Source: an uncultured Pseudomonadales bacterium
GTDB taxonomy: Bacteria > Patescibacteriota > Microgenomatia > UBA1400 > MFAQ01
Length of the DNA stretch: 64,000 bases
Direction of reading: 5' to 3'
Assembly: GCA_964357975.1 (NCBI GenBank)
Contig: CAYHNG010000003.1
Location: 393-64,392 of the forward strand
The notes under the pieces are model-generated. The model had not been told where the DNA came from and did not search any database. It was given only the letters and a program-made list of their open reading frames with translations. Each line of letters starts with the position of its first letter. Within the stretch, counting starts at the first letter, position 1. This document shows, one piece after another, positions 58,501-64,000 of the stretch. A program made the position numbers and the translations under genes.

Positions 58501-60778
58501 CGTATTCGTAACGGGGGGAAGTGACTTTGTTTATAAAGTCATAATAAGTACCGACTTCCCGACGGTTCCACTGATTTTCCATGAGAACTCCGGTGATAGC
58601 TTTGCCGGGTGCCGGAGAAAAAGCGTCAAACGAAGTATAGGGTACAAACTTGGAAGTATCTACCTGCCGCAGATCCAACTCTACCCGGCCTGTTGTCCCT
58701 TTTGATTCAGCTTTGGTTGAATTAAAGGCTAGAGAAGAACTGAAGACCGCCACTGAAACATCAGCTTGAATCTCGCCTTCTTCGGGCAACGATGGACGAA
58801 CGTAATAATAAGTGTATTCGGGTGAGTAGTTGATAAAGTTGGGACTCATAGAAGTAACTTGGTGAAAACCGAACCTCCCCAACGAATCGGTCGTCACCGA
58901 ACCACTTAAATCACGGCCGGCATATTTTAGTTCCATTCCCGGTACCGGCGAACCCTCGAAAAAAGTGGCCTGACCGGAAAGAGTAATTGTTTCTCCGACA
59001 ATGGCGGCTTTTTGAGAGGACTGAAGCGTGAGGCGATAAGCTGGCTTGGTGTAAGTGGCTACCGTAAACGAGGAGCTCATGATGATAGATTCACCAATTT
59101 TGAGAGAAATGCCGTACCAGCCCGGATTGTAACCGGACAAAGGAATTTCGCCGATAAAGGTTCCCAGATCGCTAGTTTCAAAGTCTTTGGTAAAAAGGAC
59201 GATGGGATTAAAATCCCAGCTCGTATAATCCGACCGTGTAACTTCTAAAGTGAACTTTTGTTTTTGATTGAGGTTGTCCCTATCTCTGAGGAGTCCCCAG
59301 AATTTAACTTGGTCAGTGGGAAGATATGACGGCCGATCGGTATAAAAGTAGCTCCAGTATTTATCTGACAGGCGACGGGATTGTTGATATTTGGAATAAT
59401 AGTAATTGTTGTTAATATTTCGGGGAGGGAGAATTAAGGTGCGGCCAGCGTGGCTAACCGTTAACATGGTCTGGTCCTCCAGTTGTGACGCCGGAGTATC
59501 GAAGTAAGCAACTCCTTCCGACCCCGTTTCTTGTTCTTTTCCGGCGATACTTACCTTGGCACCGACAACCGACTTTTTGGACCCGATATCATTGACCCAA
59601 ACCAACGTCTTCGTACCGCTAATACTAAGATATGCAGAAAGATCGGTAATCTGAACCAGGGCCTGCGTAGTAACTCCTCCCGGACCTCCAATGTTCCCCT
59701 GAACCAGATAAAGTCCTTGAGGAAGCTGCTGGGGCAGAAGGAAATAGTTGGTGTATGTTTGGAGCTGAATAGGCGTGTGGAAATCCAGGACCTTGTTGAG
59801 CCCAGCGACCGGTAAACGTTTTGAATGGAGCGAATTGTAGGCCCATGTGGGGATAGAAAGAAGGGTGTTGAAGTCTGAATAAAAACCCTGTATGCCGGGA
59901 TACTGATAAACCTCCACCGATAAATCACCACCACCGGAGGAAGAAGTGTAGATGTCAAACGCAGGTGTTTCGGAAGGTGAAAACTCATAGAAATTTCGAG
60001 CAAACCCGAGTGTGGTGGTGTTGGTTGCCGGCTGGGTTTCGAAACGATACACAAAATTCTCCTTGAGGGTTTCGGACGTGCCTTTCAATTTCAGACCCTT
60101 CTTAAGCCGGATGGTGTAAAGAGTGCTGGGTGCCAGGCTCTTAGGAATGAAGGATACCGTCCGCTTGTGGCGTTCAAAGCGGCCCTCGACAGCGGGAGAA
60201 ATTTCAAAGTTACCCTCTTTAAAACCGATGTATTCCCAGTTGTCATGACTGAAGGTAATCTCGATTCCGGTGTTGAGAGGTACGTAAGTAGCTTGATCTC
60301 GGGGAAGGGTTTGAACAACACGGAAGTCATTTTTGGTTTGAAAAGCCCACGAAAATGTCCGCTGTTCGGAAAGAATCTTGATGCGATACAAACTATTATT
60401 CTTGAGAGGAGTCTTGGGAGAGAGACTAAACTGACGAGGATTGACCTCTCTAATGTCGAAATCAATTTCAGGAAAGAAGGTCACGTTATTTTTTAGTCCG
60501 GCGACGGTGAGATCTTGGTCGGACTTAAGCGTAAAAGTAGAATCCGAAAATGTTCCGAGTGAATCTTGTCGATCTGCAGTAAGTAACAGTCCGGCGTCCG
60601 AACCAAGTTTGAGCTTGGCAGTATGCTGAAGATATTGTGAAGCGAGAATGACTGAGATGAGTAATCCCAACGAGGCAAACAAAATCCCAAACAGTTGCCA
60701 AGGCTTCAAAGAACGTAAAAAAGACTTGATTTTTCCCATCGATGATTTCAGTTTAGTTTCAGTGTTGGGAGATGTCAA
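55511..60778 (-). CDS. Alpha-2-macroglobulin family protein with embedded Hint domain and no thioester Cys
   Basis: TM anchor, Ig-like domains, YTDRPSYLP, YTKP, DKSSYLPGD, LPDNLTSW, QTSDGGF, VTDLLPSG, YYARV. Confidence 0.88.
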   Translation of the reverse strand: MTSPNTETKLKSSMGKIKSFLRSLKPWQLFGILFASLGLLISVILASQYLQHTAKLKLGSDAGLLLTADRQDSLGTFSDSTFTLKSDQDLTVAGLKNNVTFFPEIDFDIREVNPRQFSLSPKTPLKNNSLYRIKILSEQRTFSWAFQTKNDFRVVQTLPRDQATYVPLNTGIEITFSHDNWEYIGFKEGNFEISPAVEGRFERHKRTVSFIPKSLAPSTLYTIRLKKGLKLKGTSETLKENFVYRFETQPATNTTTLGFARNFYEFSPSETPAFDIYTSSSGGGDLSVEVYQYPGIQGFYSDFNTLLSIPTWAYNSLHSKRLPVAGLNKVLDFHTPIQLQTYTNYFLLPQQLPQGLYLVQGNIGGPGGVTTQALVQITDLSAYLSISGTKTLVWVNDIGSKKSVVGAKVSIAGKEQETGSEGVAYFDTPASQLEDQTMLTVSHAGRTLILPPRNINNNYYYSKYQQSRRLSDKYWSYFYTDRPSYLPTDQVKFWGLLRDRDNLNQKQKFTLEVTRSDYTSWDFNPIVLFTKDFETSDLGTFIGEIPLSGYNPGWYGISLKIGESIIMSSSFTVATYTKPAYRLTLQSSQKAAIVGETITLSGQATFFEGSPVPGMELKYAGRDLSGSVTTDSLGRFGFHQVTSMSPNFINYSPEYTYYYVRPSLPEEGEIQADVSVAVFSSSLAFNSTKAESKGTTGRVELDLRQVDTSKFVPYTSFDAFSPAPGKAITGVLMENQWNRREVGTYYDFINKVTSPRYEYDRVQNKIADITLTTDSNGRAVYEFPVSAGKSYNVIFRTADDQNRVTTQDVYVSGSADSYPHNNYVFLKTDKTGSNDRYAVDEPVSLKVMRGETPMPSTDSDKFLYLFAQRGIRSYQISDDPSINFRFSEAFIPNISVRAVRFTGQTYEVSESLNLMFDPSGKKLSLDITQDKSSYLPGDTVRLSILSKDQKGNPASAEVNISFLDEAYNAMSPVTVDPLTRIYSSLDADILVSYQSHQYPLDISGAEGGGCFLPGTTILMGNGKTKNIEDVVVGDSIKTLQSPSSTKSVSAKVIQVFRHQVSGYYLINNRLRVTAEHNLYINGRFMTAGEVKVGDYYLDSHGIYQKIYSLESRSGINTVFNFTVEKYNTYFADGFYVHNEKGRELFVDNAYFGSVRTGSDGRAGLDVKLPDNLTSWRITSQGVTGDLKVGASSNLLVVKQPFFVDVVMNTEYLMGERPEISVRAYGEGLSPGDQVTLRIQSPTLNLDKSLNLKAFESAGVDLGELKEGSHNIVLSGNSGILSDKITKKITVLRSRLKIVKTTHTTLSSDSKPEGSADSVTDLIFSDKSLGRFFPPLSNLAYTWGDRLDQRLARNISQSVIAKIFDSSVQPEAFDFTAFQTSDGGFALFPYSGADIELSAFVANLAKERVDTVGLGNYFYRQLAQAKDTETAAISLFGLASLDEPVLLLTNNLSDEKHLEPLSRLYLGLAQAGLGDNEKARLTYRTLLAEFAVKQDTLTYLKIGADKDSYLHATALASSLAAILAEPEADSLLAYTLSNRSKDLLLVSPQLLAISHQIDNLQPQPVSFTYTLNGKKTLKKLEKGQVFKLGLSPKELTEITFSDLNGDIGLSTSYTSVLDPKTAVVDPSVKLGRTYSVRGASTNNFATADLVRISLPVAHTTISQDGCYQVTDLLPSGLKPIASVYSYGLDTGNIWYPYEINGQRVSFCVGKGDENKTINYYARVISAGKFRAESALIQSLISPSVFNLSPAGSVSIK
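57365..57751 (-). other. Hint (intein-like/BIL) domain, 129 aa, residues 1010-1138
   Basis: CFLPGT start, TAEH block B, VFNFTV block F, FADGFYVHN end; +1 residue is Glu; no endonuclease domain. Confidence 0.92.
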
Positions 60779-61701
60779 TGAATACTATGCGAAGAAATTT
60801 CCCAAAGTTCAGCCAAATGTGCCACAATACTCTCTTGAGCACGAATACGATCGGCTAGTATTCCCTTACCCGGTGTCTCCGTCACAATTGAAGTTGTCGC
60901 AAATGGTTTGGGCACAATCTTCCTTTCTATATCAAAATATGTTTCGTTCGAAATAAACTCATCTACAGATCCGTCTTTCACACGGTTTCCATGTGTATCG
61001 GTCACGATTCCATTGGTAATTTTTTCTCCTGCAAACCTAGTCTCTCCTGACATTTTCAGCGGAACACCCGACTTCACAAATAATTCCACCACTTTAGCGG
61101 CGACAGGATCCCTCTTCTCTAGCGTTCCCTGAGAATATACATACCCTTCTTCTAGCTGTTCGTCCTCGTGTAAATCAAAGTACAGCAATGGTGGAAATTT
61201 ATTTAGTAGACCCAAAAAATGTTTGGTGACAGTGTCAGCTACCCCATGAATAGGTGACCTCAATATAGGTTGCTTTGGATTCTCGATGCGAGATATTAAG
61301 TGCCTGCTATCAGTGACATTCAGCCTCTCGATACTTCTTTCTACGTGGTGAAATCTCCAATTCCGGTAGTATCCTGCCGGATTAAGAAGAGGCATGATAA
61401 CCATAGGGACTGTGCTACCCAGTTTACCAAGGTAGTCAATCTGTTGGGCCACGGCGTTTGGACCTGCCGGTTCTTCCCCGTGGATGCCCGTAATAAGCCA
61501 TAGTGACTCTCCCTGCTTAGGTGATAAGAAACAATAAACAGGTACATTTATTTCGCCATTGTTCCCCTGTATTTTGATGCTATATATAAGCTCTTTGCTC
61601 CACCCATATTTTGACTCCAGATCTATAGACCTGTGATACAGATCGTAGAGAGACATCCTGCCATCTGCGTAAGTGGGGATCTCTTTTAACTGTTCCAGCA
61701 T
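60775..61701 (-). CDS. M14-like Zn carboxypeptidase / succinylglutamate desuccinylase family
   Basis: GIHGEEPAG, LLNPAG, DLHED; start MLEQ lies 7 nt after TACAAT. Confidence 0.8.
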   Translation of the reverse strand: MLEQLKEIPTYADGRMSLYDLYHRSIDLESKYGWSKELIYSIKIQGNNGEINVPVYCFLSPKQGESLWLITGIHGEEPAGPNAVAQQIDYLGKLGSTVPMVIMPLLNPAGYYRNWRFHHVERSIERLNVTDSRHLISRIENPKQPILRSPIHGVADTVTKHFLGLLNKFPPLLYFDLHEDEQLEEGYVYSQGTLEKRDPVAAKVVELFVKSGVPLKMSGETRFAGEKITNGIVTDTHGNRVKDGSVDEFISNETYFDIERKIVPKPFATTSIVTETPGKGILADRIRAQESIVAHLAELWEISSHSIH

Positions 61702-61731
61702 GGCAACTATTGTATCTGATAGAATACCCCT

Positions 61732-62769
61732 ATGAAAGAAGTTCCGTTCTTTTCTGTATCCGGTAGTCACTATGAATGCGGAAGGCAGTTGGGCACAAAT
61801 TTCAAAGCCCAGATCTACAAATACCTCGATCTTTGTAAAAACGAACCTCCACCCAACCTCACCTGGCAAGAGTGTGTTAATCACGCCGATAGATTTGTTG
61901 AGATTACCAAGCAATGCTTTCCGCAAATAATTGAGGAAATCCAGGGCACCGCCGCAGGGTCAGGCATAGAATTTATAGAATTATTTGCTCTTACGATTGA
62001 AGAGCTGTATTCCGAAAGCTATTCGCTCAAAGGCTGCACCGATATTGTTCTGCTTCCGCCAGCCAGTGAACACACGATTGTCATTCACAATAATGATCTT
62101 CCGGGAAGTTTTTATGATGTTCTTACTCAAGTTGAATGGAATTTCGACGACGGCACTCAAATGTTTACTGTAGGTTTGGGCGGTTTTATGGTTAGTGTCG
62201 GAGTAAACAACTCGAGATTGGTTTTGTCCGGAAATGCTTTGACCCCTACGGACGTTCGCGTTGGCATACCTCGCGCTCTAATTGCTCGGGCTATTTTACT
62301 GGCTAAGACTTTTGACGAAGCTATTGAAATTGCCAATCACCCAAACCGGGCCTCTTCCTACAACAATATTATTACCGTCCCCAACAAATCAGTCAGCGTT
62401 GAAGGATCAGCGACGAGTTCTGACAACATATTGCCCAAAAACGGTGTTCTCACTCATAGCAACCACTACTGCTCCAAAAAAATGCTCCCTTTTGAAGGCC
62501 ATCCGAACTACACGAGCTCCATCGAGAGATTCAATGCAGCCAATAGGATTACCGGGACGGCGAATGAGCCGGTCGACCTAAAAACAGCCGAATTGTGGCT
62601 TGCCGATCATAGCCCAAATGACGTGGGTGATGACAATACTCTTTGTCGGCACGGAAAGACATCCGAAACCACTTTTGGCTTTGCAGTAGATTTGAATACA
62701 GGAATTGTAGAAGTGGCTTCCGGCCATCCATGCCAAAACTCTTTCAAAAAAGTCTGGGAAATAAAATGA
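61732..62769 (+). CDS. C45 family autoproteolytic acyltransferase/hydrolase
   Basis: GRQLG, G|CT cleavage site, HNND, GVNN, HSNHY, SSIER. Confidence 0.85.
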   Translation: MKEVPFFSVSGSHYECGRQLGTNFKAQIYKYLDLCKNEPPPNLTWQECVNHADRFVEITKQCFPQIIEEIQGTAAGSGIEFIELFALTIEELYSESYSLKGCTDIVLLPPASEHTIVIHNNDLPGSFYDVLTQVEWNFDDGTQMFTVGLGGFMVSVGVNNSRLVLSGNALTPTDVRVGIPRALIARAILLAKTFDEAIEIANHPNRASSYNNIITVPNKSVSVEGSATSSDNILPKNGVLTHSNHYCSKKMLPFEGHPNYTSSIERFNAANRITGTANEPVDLKTAELWLADHSPNDVGDDNTLCRHGKTSETTFGFAVDLNTGIVEVASGHPCQNSFKKVWEIK

Positions 62770-62773
62770 AATC

Positions 62774-63355
62774 TTATCCGACACTGAGGTGATGAGACAT
62801 CGCGGTGGCAACGTATTGAAGACGGTGATGCAAACAGCTTCCTCTAGTTCTGAGGACATCAAGATGATGTTTTGAACTGTAGCAGGAGTTCTTGTCCCAG
62901 CCATAGTGGGGAAAGTCTTGGTGGAGGCTAATCATAAGTCGGTCCCGGTAAACCTTGGCGATAATGCTCGCCAGCATCACCTGGTAGCATTTATCGTCTC
63001 CTTTGATGAGAGTTCTCACCGCAGGATTGGCGAACTTCAGATTTCCGTCAACAATATAGATCGTGGCCTTGACCCGCGCCATAAGCCTTTCAAAGACCTG
63101 TCGGTTGGCCCAACCAATGCCAAACTCATTGATTTCTGAAACCGACACCTCTTCAATTTGGTACACAATGGGAAGTTTGGGTAATACGGAAACGATTTTG
63201 TTTCGTTGAGTTTCGGTTAGTTTTTTACTATCGCGGAGCGGAACCGGGAGGAGAGATGGGAAAGAAGCCAGATCGGTATTAATAATGACGGCGGCGGCCA
63301 CAAGAGGGCCGGCAAAGGCACCCCGTCCGCATTCGTCTAGGCCGCAAATTTTCAT
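62774..63355 (-). CDS. rnhB: Ribonuclease HII
   Basis: GLDECGRG, RDSKKL, VDG, KGD, ASIIAKV.RD. Confidence 0.93.
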   Translation of the reverse strand: MKICGLDECGRGAFAGPLVAAAVIINTDLASFPSLLPVPLRDSKKLTETQRNKIVSVLPKLPIVYQIEEVSVSEINEFGIGWANRQVFERLMARVKATIYIVDGNLKFANPAVRTLIKGDDKCYQVMLASIIAKVYRDRLMISLHQDFPHYGWDKNSCYSSKHHLDVLRTRGSCLHHRLQYVATAMSHHLSVG

Positions 63356-63401
63356 GAGGATATTTTATATTAAAAGCCCCTCTTTCGAAGGGCCTAACAG
63401 A

Positions 63402-63812
63402 TTATTGAACTAATTCAGCTATGGTATGAACAGTTTTGGAGAGATGGATTGATTTGTGGGCAGGAAGATTGAGCTGGTGATTATCAGTATTTCGCAGAAA
63501 GATGTCTATCAGCCAGGCAATTTGTCTTGCGTCTTGAAGAAAATCTGCGACAAAAAATGGTTGCATTCCGCCTCGAACATATTCGAATTTTACATCTACT
63601 TCAACCGGCTTAGTTGGAAGGTAGAGTTTCGAATCTGGAAAAAACTCAAACTCAGTAGCCTCTGAGAAAATTGCCCTGACCCGGGCGTCTAGTTTTTCCG
63701 GATAAATTTTTCTGTTGTATAAATTGCGAACTTCGTCCATAAGATGACGAAGACTCATCGGTTCCGGTTTAAAGCCAGAGTTTACATTTCTAACTTGAAT
63801 GATAATGTTCAA
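63402..63812 (-). CDS. Orphan hypothetical protein
   Basis: AAGGAGG SD, TGnTATAAT upstream, hairpin at 63372-63393. Confidence 0.6.
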   Translation of the reverse strand: MNIIIQVRNVNSGFKPEPMSLRHLMDEVRNLYNRKIYPEKLDARVRAIFSEATEFEFFPDSKLYLPTKPVEVDVKFEYVRGGMQPFFVADFLQDARQIAWLIDIFLRNTDNHQLNLPAHKSIHLSKTVHTIAELVQ

Positions 63813-63889
63813 AACAACCTCCTTCGGGTGGGTTATGGGGTATTATAACATGTACGATCCGCGAATACTCATATGGATATAATGAATTA

Positions 63890-64000
63890 ATGGCTGATCA
63901 CACATCATCGGAAAAATTTAATCTGGAAGAGGTGGGGAGGTACTTCGAGAATAAAGGGTATAAAGTGCAAAAACTGGAACAGTTATGGCGACACGTGACC
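63890..64000 (+). CDS. Partial CDS running off the window (MADHTSSEKF...)
   Basis: Open frame to the edge; TATAAT 6 nt upstream. Confidence 0.55.
   Translation, partial: MADHTSSEKFNLEEVGRYFENKGYKVQKLEQLWRHVT

Noticed and set aside
61702-61926. N-terminal extension of the M14 peptidase overlapping the C45 gene
   Set aside because: It is antisense to a well-supported gene; the ATG at 61701 has its own -10.
1-64000. CRISPR array, prophage or autonomous IS
   Set aside because: No regularly spaced repeats and no cas, phage structural, transposase or integrase genes recognised.

Overview
Bacterial chromosomal window, standard genetic code. By inference it is from a Patescibacteria/CPR (Microgenomates-like) genome: compact core genes (gltX, secDF, miaA/miaB, rny, recX/recA, rnhB, CCA enzyme, RelA/SpoT), split transketolase, rnpB and tRNA-Pro(GGG), interleaved with orphan genes. 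Two candidate undescribed systems stand out. (1) An AT-rich minus-strand cluster at 1-6392 encodes a B12-radical SAM, a CoaE-like kinase, a radical SAM/DUF3419-like fusion, a methyltransferase and an ATP-grasp ligase. It also holds a 59-aa peptide gene missed by the ORF track (1546-1725) with repeated ETP(TGG) motifs, a plausible RiPP precursor or carrier peptide. (2) A 1755-aa membrane-anchored alpha-2-macroglobulin-like protein lacks the thioester Cys but carries a complete Hint (intein-like) domain at the bait-region position. Also seen: a three-copy ATAA-flanked structured repeat that interrupts a promoter and a tRNA duplicate, direct repeats next to rnpB, several structured-RNA candidates, an Erm-like methylase with an attenuator-like leader, and apparently widespread leaderless gene starts. 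All family calls come from motif recognition by eye; no database searches were run.
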